Assembly: GCA_965242965.1 (NCBI GenBank)
Contig: OZ251518.1
Location: forward strand, 608,001-672,000
Source: Candidatus Poribacteria bacterium
Lineage (GTDB): Bacteria; Poribacteria; WGA-4E; WGA-3G
DNA: 64,000 bases
Direction of reading: 5' to 3'
Below are positions 49,561 to 59,147 of this stretch, piece by piece; positions within the stretch are counted from its first letter, which is position 1, and every line of letters begins with the position of its first letter. The translations under genes and the position numbers were made by a program. The notes beneath the pieces are model-generated. The model made no database searches. It was not told the origin of the DNA and saw only the letters and a list, made by a program, of their open reading frames with translations.

Positions 49561-50367
49561 CTACACCGGTGCGATGTCTAGGTTTTTCAGTGCCTCACCG
49601 GTAGTTGAGCCGATTAAGCTCGCCAAATAGTCCCTGTCGCGTTGCAACGCCTCCAACTTGTCGTCACCGTGGAGGAACTCCACCTCAAGGTAGCCGGCGT
49701 ATCCTGCATTGCTGAGAATTTCAACGATGCGCGCGTAATCCACGACACCCTCTGCGATAGGGCACGCTTTCCCCTGTTCGTCAAAATTTTGCGCGTGCAC
49801 ATTGACAATGTGCTGCACGAGTTGTTGCGCGGCGGTGTGCGGCTCATCGGCATCTGTCCGCGCCAGCGGCTGATAGTAGGTTCGGAGAGATGGCACGTTC
49901 ACTCCTTCGATTACCTCCAAGATAGTCGCGACGCTATCGGTGAGGTTGTTGTTGTGCATCTCCAGTCCGAGTTTCATACTGCGGAAATTCGCCCACTGCG
50001 CCATGCTGACGAGTCGGAAGAGAATCAACCTTTTGTCCGCGGGCGCAATAGATTTAGACGGGCCACCGCCAGACCAGATTCTCACCAAGTCTGTGCCGAG
50101 TTCCTTCGCGATTTCAAACGCCTCTTCAAAATGCTTCTGATAGAGCGGCATCATAGGGTTGACGTAGGAGCCGAACGCCGAGATAGCCAAGCCTCGGCGG
50201 TGCGCGGTATCCCTGATGTTTCTGATGTAAGCCGCGTCGTAGTCCGCGGGTATATGCGGCGGCTTGCCCCAGATTTCGATGCCGTGAAACCCGTAATCCG
50301 CCGCGATGTCTATTACCTCTTCCAGCGGTTTTTCTTGAAACGCGATAGTGCATAAGCCGATTTTCAT
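49561..50367 (-). CDS. Sugar phosphate isomerase/epimerase (xylose isomerase-like TIM barrel)
   Basis: GFHGIEIW, LEMH, VHAQ, GYAGYLEVE. Confidence 0.85.
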   Translation of the reverse strand: MKIGLCTIAFQEKPLEEVIDIAADYGFHGIEIWGKPPHIPADYDAAYIRNIRDTAHRRGLAISAFGSYVNPMMPLYQKHFEEAFEIAKELGTDLVRIWSGGGPSKSIAPADKRLILFRLVSMAQWANFRSMKLGLEMHNNNLTDSVATILEVIEGVNVPSLRTYYQPLARTDADEPHTAAQQLVQHIVNVHAQNFDEQGKACPIAEGVVDYARIVEILSNAGYAGYLEVEFLHGDDKLEALQRDRDYLASLIGSTTGEALKNLDIAPV

Positions 50368-50459
50368 TGCGTTGTTCTCCCCGACTTTGTCTATTTATAC
50401 AAATAGGATACCACAAAAACAAAAAAATTGCAAGAAAAGTTTTTATTTTTTCTCTATTC

Positions 50460-50488
50460 TTGACATTAATGCACAGATACGTTATTAT
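50460..50488 (+). promoter_or_regulatory. sigma70-like promoter upstream of modABC
   Basis: TTGACA-17-TATTAT. Confidence 0.5.
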
Positions 50489-50575
50489 TTCCTCACATTC
50501 CGGTAGGCGGGTGCTCCTACTGGGAAACGGAATCGTTTTTGACAACAACGATTTATGAAACACCTTCCGTGAATT

Positions 50576-50871
50576 GAGAGTGTTTCATAAATCGTTCAAC
50601 GTGGCGGGGACAGGCCCCGCGCTACCGTGAAAAAAACGCCGCCCCTTCACGTAGGGCGAGGGTCCTCGGATACCACACGCGCATGCGAGCGGGTTTCCCT
50701 CTCCATGCGTTTTGGTGTCAGACCGCGTCACCCCTGTAGGTCAAGATCGCCTGATCTTGACTCGTTCGGGAGCGGGCGCTCCCGAACTACAGAGGTGGGG
50801 CCGAGGCCTGCCGGTATTCGCCTGCCCGCCAAGGCAGGATAAATACCGAAACGGAATTATGAAACACCCTC
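50576..50871. mobile_element. MITE-like element, complete (296 bp), carrying REP modules
   Basis: TIRs GAGAGTGTTTCATAA / TTATGAAACACCCTC. Confidence 0.78.
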
Positions 50872-50897
50872 ACTGACATTGTTCTGGATTTCAGGAG

Positions 50898-51659
50898 ATG
50901 AGCGTGCGTCAAAGGATTCAATTTGCACAAATAGCGTTAATCTGCTGCCTTTTGCTGTGCCTCGGGCTTTTCGGATGTGCACAAGAGGCGGAACTCACCG
51001 TTTTCGGGGCGATGAGTTTAACCGATGCACTCACCGAAATCGGCGAGGAGTTTACTGAGACGCATGACGTTAAAGTCTATTTTAGTTTTGCCGCGTCGGC
51101 AACGCTACAACGTCAACTTGAAAAAGGCGCGTCGGCAGATGTCTTTATCTCGGCAAGCCCAAAGCAGGTGGACATGCTCGCCGAACGGGATATGGTTTTA
51201 ACAGAGAGCCGCTACGATATGCTAACCAATCGGTTAGTGTTGGTAGCGCATACCTCTTCGCCGCTAAAGAATCTGACGAGTGATGGCATCTCACGAATTG
51301 CAATTGGCCAGCCGGAAATCGTGCCTGCCGGCACTTACGCAAAAGAGGCGTTGATAACCTTAGACATCTGGGACGCGCTCCAGCCGAAACTCATCTACGG
51401 CGTTGATGTCCGCGCCACCCTCGCTTATATCGCTGCCGGCAACGTTGATGTCGCGATTGTCTATCAGACTGATGCAACCCTGCGTCGCGATGTCAAGGTG
51501 CTTTACCAATTCCCGGATGAAACGCATGCGCCGATTGTTTACCCGGCTGTCATCATGAAGGGGAGCCGACAAAAGCGGCACGCGCAACGGTTTATTGACT
51601 ACCTGAAATCTGTCCGCGCCACCCAAATTTTTAAGAGGCACGGGTTCACGCGTCTATAA
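50898..51659 (+). CDS. modA: Molybdate ABC transporter substrate-binding lipoprotein
   Basis: AMSLTDAL, FAASATL, DVFISA, VPAGTYA, IVYQTDA. Confidence 0.92.
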   Translation: MSVRQRIQFAQIALICCLLLCLGLFGCAQEAELTVFGAMSLTDALTEIGEEFTETHDVKVYFSFAASATLQRQLEKGASADVFISASPKQVDMLAERDMVLTESRYDMLTNRLVLVAHTSSPLKNLTSDGISRIAIGQPEIVPAGTYAKEALITLDIWDALQPKLIYGVDVRATLAYIAAGNVDVAIVYQTDATLRRDVKVLYQFPDETHAPIVYPAVIMKGSRQKRHAQRFIDYLKSVRATQIFKRHGFTRL

Positions 51660-51669
51660 TGGAAATGCA

Positions 51670-52338
51670 ATGAGGATAACCGCCGCAGAAATTACGGCAC
51701 TCACCTTAACAATAAAGGTTGCGTTGCTGAGTCTCATCGTCATGTTTCCGCCTGGGCTTTTTGTTGGATGGCTCCTTGCAAAACGAACGTTCCCCGGGAG
51801 GACGCTTCTCAACACGTGCGTCATGCTTCCCCTCGTGCTGCCGCCGGTGGTGAGCGGGTATCTGCTCTTAATGTTGTTGAGCAAACACGGACTTGTCGGC
51901 GGGTTTCTCTTCAAGACTTTCGGGATAGAGCTGGTCTTCACAGAATTCGCGGTTGTTATCGCGCTGTCGGTTATCTCTTTTCCGCTTCTGGTGCGCGGCA
52001 TCATGACAGGCATGTCAGCCGTGCCAGAGAGACTTGAAAACGTCGCGCGAACGCTGGGCGCGTCGCCGATGAGAGTCTTTTTCACGGTGACCTTACCGCT
52101 TGCCGCGCGCGGTATCGTCGGCGGTGTCATCCTCGGTTTCTCCAAGAGCCTCGGCGAATTCGGCGCGACTATCATGGTGGCAGGCAACATTCCCGGCAAA
52201 ACCCAGACGATGGCACTCGCTATTTTCAACGCGGTGCAACTCGGCCGCGATGCCTCTGTCTATCGGTTGGTGTTTATTTCGACTGTCGTCGCCTTTGTCG
52301 CGCTATGGCTGGCGGAACGCTCACTCGCCAGAACGTAA
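51670..52338 (+). CDS. modB: Molybdate ABC transporter permease
   Basis: LPLVLPPVVSGY, SLGEFGATIMVAGNIPGKTQT. Confidence 0.93.
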   Translation: MRITAAEITALTLTIKVALLSLIVMFPPGLFVGWLLAKRTFPGRTLLNTCVMLPLVLPPVVSGYLLLMLLSKHGLVGGFLFKTFGIELVFTEFAVVIALSVISFPLLVRGIMTGMSAVPERLENVARTLGASPMRVFFTVTLPLAARGIVGGVILGFSKSLGEFGATIMVAGNIPGKTQTMALAIFNAVQLGRDASVYRLVFISTVVAFVALWLAERSLART

Positions 52339-52376
52339 ACAGGGATGTCTCTATTCGTCCGTTCCAAAAGAGAAAA

Positions 52377-53471
52377 ATGATCCGTCTCAATTTCCGCAAA
52401 CGCCTCGGCAATTTCACGCTAAGTCTTGATTGCACGCTCGCCCAAAAGGTTACGGCATTTCTCGGCGAATCCGGTAGCGGCAAAAGCACTCTCCTCAACT
52501 GCATCAGCGGCATTCTCACCCCGGACGAAGGCGAACTCGCCTTCGGCGATGAAGTGCTGGACGATGCGAAAGCACGTATCCATCAGCCGCCAGAGAAGCG
52601 CAGATTCGGATGCGTGTTCCAGGAGGGAAACCTGTTTCCGCATCTCACCGTTGAACAGAATATCCGTTATGGTGAACCGTCTCGGAAGCGCGAGGCGCGT
52701 TTAAAAAACGCGCCCACGGATCTGGGTAAAGTCATTGATACGCTTGAAATCGGGATGTTGCTGAAACGATACCCACACCAACTTTCAGGCGGCCAACGTC
52801 AACGCGTCGCGATTGCACGCGCCCTCGCGATGGAGCCGCGGCTGTTGCTCATGGACGAACCCCTTGCATCGCTGGACACCGGTTTAAAAAACCGCATCTT
52901 GCCCTACCTCCGCCACGTGAAAGAGGCGTTTGACGTGCCGATGCTCTATGTCACACACGCAATTTCAGAGGCCATGGCGATTGCTGACGAAGCATTCCTC
53001 CTCGCCGATGGAGAAATTACCGCCAGCGGCGAACCGCATCAACTGCTCACTGCGCCAGCCGCGCTCCCTATTGCGCAATTAACAGGCGTAGAAAATATGT
53101 TATCCTTACCGATTGCCTTTTCAGACAAAGCGAGTGGGATAACGGCATTGCAAATCGGGGGACAGCGGATTGTAGTGCCTTACGCAGACCAGGGGCAAGG
53201 CATGAGTCAAGACGTGCCGATTGCCATCCGTGCAGAAGACATTATTATCTCGCTGGAACCGAATCTCCCTATCAGCGCGCGCAACATTTTAAAAGGGATT
53301 ATTCGCGAAATTCGCCGAGTTGGCGATAGAACGCTTTTGACTATTGACGTTGAGGGACATCCGCTGTCCGTGAAAATCACGCACGATGCGCGCGAACAAC
53401 TTCAGTTGCGTGAGGGGATGTCATGTTATTGTGTTATCAAGGCGAATGCGATTAATCTTCTGTGGAATTGA
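52377..53471 (+). CDS. modC: Molybdate ABC transporter ATP-binding protein with TOBE domains
   Basis: GESGSGKST, LSGGQRQR, LLMDEP, SARNIL. Confidence 0.92.
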   Translation: MIRLNFRKRLGNFTLSLDCTLAQKVTAFLGESGSGKSTLLNCISGILTPDEGELAFGDEVLDDAKARIHQPPEKRRFGCVFQEGNLFPHLTVEQNIRYGEPSRKREARLKNAPTDLGKVIDTLEIGMLLKRYPHQLSGGQRQRVAIARALAMEPRLLLMDEPLASLDTGLKNRILPYLRHVKEAFDVPMLYVTHAISEAMAIADEAFLLADGEITASGEPHQLLTAPAALPIAQLTGVENMLSLPIAFSDKASGITALQIGGQRIVVPYADQGQGMSQDVPIAIRAEDIIISLEPNLPISARNILKGIIREIRRVGDRTLLTIDVEGHPLSVKITHDAREQLQLREGMSCYCVIKANAINLLWN

Positions 53472-53489
53472 GTGTTGAGATTGAGAATG

Positions 53490-54123
53490 CATCGAGACTC
53501 CCTGGTCTCGATGTTCCCGTAGCGCGGGGGCCCTCGGAGGTTCCATACGCGCATCCGAGCGGGTTTCCCCCGCGCGCGCCATCGTCACGATGCTGTCTTA
53601 GGTCCTTTAGGACCTTAATGTCTATAGCAGCACGTGTCGTACCGTTTTCAAGGTCCTTTAGGTCCTTAATAAAAACACGCGCGGATCTGGCAAAAGCTAT
53701 TAAGGACCTAAAGGACCTTAGGGTGCGCTGCGATGCAGGATGCTATAGACATTAAGGTCTTACAGACCTTAGGCATGGCGAGGAACAGGCCCTCACCCTA
53801 CGGGTGAACGGGAACGATTTCTTAGTTGTTCCCGTAGCGCGGGGGCCTGTCCCCCGCGAGTTCCATCGTCCCGATGTGTGCTTCCCCTCTGTAGTTTGTG
53901 ATCGCCTGATCACAAACAGGTCAGGATCAGGCGATCCTGACCTACAGGGGGGGGATGCGATCTGACAGTAAGACGCATGGCGAGGGACAGGCCCTCGCCC
54001 TACGGTGCAAGCGGCAATCAAGCATGACGAGGGACAGGCCCTCGCCCTACGTGAAGGGGAGGCGTTTTTGCACCGGAGCAGGGGCCTGTCCCTGCGACGT
54101 TGAGCGAGTTATGAAACACTCTC
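53490..54123. repeat. REP-like cluster with one ~170-bp AGGTCC unit and a MITE terminal repeat
   Basis: AGGTCC unit 53600-53769; TTATGAAACACTCTC at 54109-54123. Confidence 0.88.
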
Positions 54124-54126
54124 AAG

Positions 54127-54765
54127 TTACCCGTGAAGTCTGTCCCAAAATTCATCCACCTGTCTACGAAGTTCCTCCAGCGTCCCCTCATTTTCGATGA
54201 CAACGTCCGCGTAATTTATTTTTTCTGCCAGCGGCATTTGTGCATCGATGCGCGCTTCCACCTCGCTTTCAGTAAGCGTTCTGCCTTGCGCACGACTCCG
54301 TTCCAGCGTCCGGCGCAACTGCGTTTCCGATGAAGCAGTCACGACAACAATCAGATCGACGGTGTCATAAGCCCCTGCCTCAATCAGGAGTGGTGCGTCA
54401 AGCAAGACGACGGTACTCGGGTCTGCCGTAACAATCTGCCTTGCGCGCGCGCGGGAACGTTTGATAATCAACGGATGCAGAATGGCATTTAACCGCTCGC
54501 GCGCGGCTTTATCGGCAAAGACAATCGTGCCCAGTTTTTTTCGGCTGACATCGCCGGATACGTCAAGGATATCCTCTCCAAACGCTTTGACGAGTTCGTC
54601 GATAATAGGACTATCGGCTTTCAGGAGTTGATGTCCAATTTCGTCAGCATTAATAGGAATCGCGCCTTTTTCTGCGAGGAGTTCGGATACCGTGGTCTTC
54701 CCGCATGCGATGCCGCCCGTAATTCCGATGATGGTGCCGCGGTCGGCGGGTTTTTGTGTGTTCAT
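54127..54765 (-). CDS. coaE: Dephospho-CoA kinase
   Basis: GITGGIACGKTT, LNAILHP, DAPLLIEAG, RIDAQMP. Confidence 0.93.
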   Translation of the reverse strand: MNTQKPADRGTIIGITGGIACGKTTVSELLAEKGAIPINADEIGHQLLKADSPIIDELVKAFGEDILDVSGDVSRKKLGTIVFADKAARERLNAILHPLIIKRSRARARQIVTADPSTVVLLDAPLLIEAGAYDTVDLIVVVTASSETQLRRTLERSRAQGRTLTESEVEARIDAQMPLAEKINYADVVIENEGTLEELRRQVDEFWDRLHG

Positions 54766-54872
54766 GCTAAGGGGGTTTTCTCCTACCGTAGCGCGGGGGC
54801 CTGTCCCCCGCGATCGTTGCATGGCGAGGGGAACCCGCTCGCATGCGCGTGTGGCATGCGAGGGCCCAAGCC

Positions 54873-55838
54873 CTACGAATTGAGAGCGTCTTTCATCAAC
54901 GCATCATAATCGGCATTCACCAACTCAATTCCGTAAAACGCCAGCCGCTCCATGATTATCCGGATGGCAGGGAGGTTATTATCTACCAGAATCGATGAGC
55001 GTCCGTGCAATGCCGCCGCTTCGCCGAGGGTACCGCTACCGGCAAAGAAATCCAACAACGTGTCGCCCGGCGACGAATGCACCTTAACAATGCGATTTAA
55101 GATACCGAGCGGTTTCTGCGTCGGATACCCCGTCTTTTCACCGCTGCTTGTGCCGACGATGGTGTGCCACCAAACGTCTGTCGGCGTTTTGCCGCGCGCC
55201 GCCTTCTCCTTGCCGACGAGCCCCGGTGCCATATACGGAATCCTGTCCATCTCGTCAAAATTGAAGGTGTAATGCTTCGGGTTTTTGGCATACCACAAGA
55301 TGTTATCGTGCTTTGCGGGCCAGCGCGATTTCGGGCGGCCGCCGTAATCATAAGCCCAAATAATCTCGTTCATGAACCCCGCGCGCCCGAAGATTTCATC
55401 CAGCATCACCTTACAGTAATGCACTTCGCGATAATCGATATGCAGAAAAAAACTGCCGTGCGGATGCAACACCCGATATGCCTCTTCAAAACGCGGACGC
55501 AAAAACTGCAAGTAGGCATCGGAACTCTCGAATTTATCGGAATAATGAATTCGGGACAGGGATGTCCCTCCTACCGATTCATCGGAATTCTCGAATTTAT
55601 CTGAGTCATGAGGCCCGGACAGGGATGTCCCTCCTACCGGTTTAATGGTGCGGTAAGTCTTGCCTTGGAAACCGACTCTGTCGCCTTGCGCATCCTGAAA
55701 CACCTGAATTTCGTCGCGCTGTTGGATTTTGCCGGTGTTGAAAGGCGGATCGATGTAAACGGCATTAACGCTCTCATCTGCGACATGTTCCCGCAAGATC
55801 TTCAGGTTATCGCCGTAATAGAGTTGATGGGTAGACAT
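54873..55838 (-). CDS. Site-specific N4/N6 DNA methyltransferase (beta class), orphan
   Basis: YIDPPFNTG, YPTQKP, LDFFAGSGT; AAGGAG RBS before ATG 55838. Confidence 0.9.
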   Translation of the reverse strand: MSTHQLYYGDNLKILREHVADESVNAVYIDPPFNTGKIQQRDEIQVFQDAQGDRVGFQGKTYRTIKPVGGTSLSGPHDSDKFENSDESVGGTSLSRIHYSDKFESSDAYLQFLRPRFEEAYRVLHPHGSFFLHIDYREVHYCKVMLDEIFGRAGFMNEIIWAYDYGGRPKSRWPAKHDNILWYAKNPKHYTFNFDEMDRIPYMAPGLVGKEKAARGKTPTDVWWHTIVGTSSGEKTGYPTQKPLGILNRIVKVHSSPGDTLLDFFAGSGTLGEAAALHGRSSILVDNNLPAIRIIMERLAFYGIELVNADYDALMKDALNS

Positions 55839-56065
55839 AGTTCTCCTTCTGTTTTGAGATACGTTCATTATACAGAAATTCCTATATTCATGCAAGCGCG
55901 GTGCCACGAAAAAAACGCTTGACATCATTATCCAATTTTTGTTACAATAATTAACGCGACGACATAGAGGAGAGTTACGCAAATGTAGGTTGCGCTGTTT
56001 GAAACCGCGCCTACGGAGCTCGATTTGCGTAAATTCCACGAAAAAAAATCAAAGGAGCATCAAAT

Positions 56066-57097
56066 ATGGCGCAAGAAATTATCAGAGTCGGCATCATTGG
56101 GGCCGGCGGGAATACCACCTCACGGCACATTCCAGGGTTACAAGCAATCGATGGCGTTGAAATTGTCGGAGTTTGCAATCGCAGTCAGGAATCTTCGCAG
56201 CGCGTGGCAGACAAGTTCGGCATTCCCAAAACATACCGAAATTGGCAGGATGCCATCGCCGATGCGGATACAAACGCGATTGTCATCGGCACCTGGCCCT
56301 ATATGCACTGCCGCGCGACGGTGGCGGCACTCGCCGCAGATAAACACGTCATGTGCGAGGCGCGGATGGCGATGAACGCCCGCGAAGCGTATACGATGCG
56401 CGATGTCGCACGCCAGAAAACAGCATGCATAGCGCAGATTGTCCCCTCGCCGATGACGCTGCGGGTGGACAACACGATAAAACGGCTCATTGCCGAAGGA
56501 TACCTCGGTGAAGTGCTTGCCGTTGATGTGCGCGCAGGCGGCGCATTCCTTGAACGCGAAGCACCGCTCACGTGGCGACAAGACTTTGACTTCAGCGGGC
56601 TCAACATCATGAGCATGGGCATCTGGTATGAGGCACTCATGCGCTGGGTAGGCGAAGCCACGCGGATTATGGCGATGGGCAAAACGTTCGTCAAAATGCG
56701 TCCCGATGCCGAGGGCACCATGCGCGCCGTGCGGATTCCGGAACATATTGATGTCATCGGAGAACTGGGATGCGGCGCGCAACTCCACGTCCAAGTCTCG
56801 AATATCGCCGGATTGGCGGGCGCGCCGGAAGTCTTTCTCTTTGGAAGTAACGGCACGTTGCGTTTTTCTGGGAACCGACTCTACGGTGGACAAAAAGGCG
56901 ATGCCGAACTCAGCGAGATTGACATCCCTGACGCAGAAGCAGGCGCGTGGCGCGTCGAAGAAGAATTTGTAAACGCCATCCGCGGCACCGAAATCATCAC
57001 GCACACCGATTTTGAGACCGGGGTGAAGTATATGGAATTCACGGAGGCTGTCACGCGGAGCATGCAGTGCGGCGCGGCGATTCCGTTACCGCTGTAA
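56066..57097 (+). CDS. Gfo/Idh/MocA oxidoreductase
   Basis: VGIIGAGG, HVMCEARMA; AAGGAG RBS. Confidence 0.9.
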   Translation: MAQEIIRVGIIGAGGNTTSRHIPGLQAIDGVEIVGVCNRSQESSQRVADKFGIPKTYRNWQDAIADADTNAIVIGTWPYMHCRATVAALAADKHVMCEARMAMNAREAYTMRDVARQKTACIAQIVPSPMTLRVDNTIKRLIAEGYLGEVLAVDVRAGGAFLEREAPLTWRQDFDFSGLNIMSMGIWYEALMRWVGEATRIMAMGKTFVKMRPDAEGTMRAVRIPEHIDVIGELGCGAQLHVQVSNIAGLAGAPEVFLFGSNGTLRFSGNRLYGGQKGDAELSEIDIPDAEAGAWRVEEEFVNAIRGTEIITHTDFETGVKYMEFTEAVTRSMQCGAAIPLPL

Positions 57098-57108
57098 AAG
57101 GAGGAACA

Positions 57109-57681
57109 TTGACACTAGGAAAACTCTTTAACCTTTGCCAAGACATTGAACTCCGGCAAGCCAAACTGTACGCCTCCCTCTCGTTACTTTTGGGAGGAGT
57201 TGATGAACGAATCGCGCGATTTTGGGAACGGATGAGCACCGAAGAGTGGCAACACTACATCCTCGTCGATTTCGGACGTTCCTTATGCGCTGAGACTTTC
57301 GGCACCGATTTGCAGGTGATGGAACTGCCGGATGTAGCGCGCCGATTGCCAGCGAATATCGGGAAGACAATCCAGCAGATTACCGAGGCGTTGGATGTGC
57401 ATGAGCGGAAGGTGAATAGCGGACAGATCACGCTGGACGAGGCGTTCGCTATTGCCGTCGCTATTGAAGGGAGCGAGGCGGATACCCTCTATATGTATCT
57501 GCTCGCCATCATCAGAAAGGCGATTCATCAGAGTGACCAGCCGTATTTGATGAGCCGTGTCGTGCAGGTTGAAAAAGACATGGTATCGCATGTAGACGGC
57601 CTCGTGCAGGCGACGCAGCGGTTCTCGAAAGATGCTAGTCTGATCCGTAGGGCGCATCGGCTCAAAGCGCATCATAACTAA
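57109..57681 (+). CDS. Ferritin-like/rubrerythrin-like protein
   Basis: E...LY...FWERMSTEEWQH...AVAIEGSE...H; AGGAGG RBS before TTG. Confidence 0.6.
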   Translation: MTLGKLFNLCQDIELRQAKLYASLSLLLGGVDERIARFWERMSTEEWQHYILVDFGRSLCAETFGTDLQVMELPDVARRLPANIGKTIQQITEALDVHERKVNSGQITLDEAFAIAVAIEGSEADTLYMYLLAIIRKAIHQSDQPYLMSRVVQVEKDMVSHVDGLVQATQRFSKDASLIRRAHRLKAHHN

Positions 57682-57685
57682 GGGG

Positions 57686-57906
57686 GGTAGACGTAGGCGA
57701 GACCTCCTGGTCTCGATGTCCCCGTAGCGCGGGGGCCTGTCCCCCGCGAGCGTTGCGAGAAATGCGGCTGACACCGTAGCGCGGGGGCCTGTCCCCCGCG
57801 ATCGTTGCATGGCGAGGGACAGGCCCCCGCCCTACGTTGAAGAGGCCGTTTTTTCCGTGGCGCGGGGGCTGTCACCGCGCCGTTGAACAAGTTATGAAAC
57901 ACCCTC
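57686..57906. repeat. REP-like cluster ending in a MITE terminal repeat
   Basis: GTAG palindromes; TTATGAAACACCCTC at 57892-57906. Confidence 0.85.
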
Positions 57907-58027
57907 CGATAAGAAGGCATTTGAGCAGGCGATTTCTCTATTTCTTCTCCGATTTGCGTTGCCTTTGAGGACAAGGTTTTGGCGGAAGCAAATTCATGCC
58001 ATCGCAAGACCTGGCAGGTCCCTCAAA

Positions 58028-58116
58028 AACGTAGAAACCGACAACGCCGATTTCGGAGAGATGGAGAGACATGATTGCACAGCAACCGTTATCAAACGCC
58101 TTGCGAACGACGAAAA
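58028..58116 (+). repeat. Copy of the ~90-bp element also present at 63626-63720 (-) and 63898-63990 (+)
   Basis: ATCAAACGCCTTGCGAACGACGAAAA matches 63965-63990 at 24/26; shared 9-bp-stem hairpin. Confidence 0.75.
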
Positions 58117-58223
58117 AATCGTTCTGCATCGGACATTTTTTGTTGCGAAATGTTAGGGGTTGTGGTATTCTATCTGAAGGCGTTAGGTGCCTCAAACGTA
58201 ACTCACACCACGAGGGAATTCAG

Positions 58224-58517
58224 ATGAACACACCCACCGAAGTTGAAGTCCGTTTCACGCTCGCGATTTCCGAAGGTATCCTGCGACACAAAGGGGCTGC
58301 GGAGCAGAAAGCAAAGACAGCGTATGTGCTGGAACTGCTCCGACAGGGCGACATTAGCGCGGGCCGCGCCGCGACCCTGCTCAGCATTTCGCGATGGGAA
58401 CTCTCCGACTTGATGTCTGAATCAGGCATCTCCCCTTTTGATGACAGTCTCACCGCCGAAACGCTCGCTTCGGAAGTGGAGACAGCCTTGGAAGTGTTGG
58501 ATGGCCGGAAACGATGA
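58224..58517 (+). CDS. UPF0175-family putative antitoxin
   Basis: LLRQGDISAGRAATLLSISRWEL; overlaps the PIN gene at ATGA. Confidence 0.8.
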   Translation: MNTPTEVEVRFTLAISEGILRHKGAAEQKAKTAYVLELLRQGDISAGRAATLLSISRWELSDLMSESGISPFDDSLTAETLASEVETALEVLDGRKR

Positions 58518-59014
58518 TTGTTTCAAACAGCACTCCATTGATTGAACTCTCGAAAATTCGGCGATTGGAATTGCTGCGGGATGTCTATGGCTCTCTCGTC
58601 ATTCCAAAGGCGGTTTATACCGAAGTCGTCATTAATGGGGAAGGAAAACCGGGTGCCGCCGAAGTCAAAGAGGCACCGTGGATTTACCCACACGCCGTGA
58701 CACATCGCAGTAAGGTTCAAAGCCTTTACGCCCGTCCCTCACTAGATTTAGGCGAATGTGAGGCGATAGTGCTAGCTGAAGAAATATCTGCAGCCCAGGT
58801 GATTCTCGATGACCGCGTTGCGCGGGAAGTCGCCGTATCTCGGGGGCTGCCTGTGATTGGCACGTTCGGCGTGTTGCTTGTCGCCAAAGCCGAAGGTATC
58901 ATTCCCACCGTGGAACCGATACTCACTGCGCTTCGGGCGCACGGGACACGCATCAGCCAACCCCTCTATCGTCTGATTCTTACTGCCGCCGGAGAATCAG
59001 ACGACGCGGCGTGA
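58514..59014 (+). CDS. DUF3368 PIN-domain (VapC-like) toxin
   Basis: IVSNSTPLI, IPKAVYTE, LDLGECEAIVLA, ILDDRVAR, GTFGVL. Confidence 0.88.
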   Translation: MIVSNSTPLIELSKIRRLELLRDVYGSLVIPKAVYTEVVINGEGKPGAAEVKEAPWIYPHAVTHRSKVQSLYARPSLDLGECEAIVLAEEISAAQVILDDRVAREVAVSRGLPVIGTFGVLLVAKAEGIIPTVEPILTALRAHGTRISQPLYRLILTAAGESDDAA

Positions 59015-59147
59015 TTCGCTCCTGTTGCAGAACTGCAGAGAGGTGATGTTGCACGTTTGCATGCAAAGTCCCCGGCGATGCGAAAGAAAGGAAGCGGCTC
59101 GCCGGCAACAGTGTCGGCGAGCCGCTTTTGTTGGACAGCTTTTACGC

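Noticed and set aside
50489-50570. Molybdenum-cofactor riboswitch upstream of modA
   Set aside because: A hairpin (CCGGTAGG/CCTACTGG) is present, but I cannot match the Moco/Tuco multi-stem consensus and the region abuts MITE ends; an Infernal search is needed.
830-57906. REP clusters and tandem arrays (e.g. 21961-22200, 34910-35141) as CRISPR arrays
   Set aside because: The intervening sequences are themselves repeated or homologous, orientation alternates, copies are dispersed and no cas genes are in the window.
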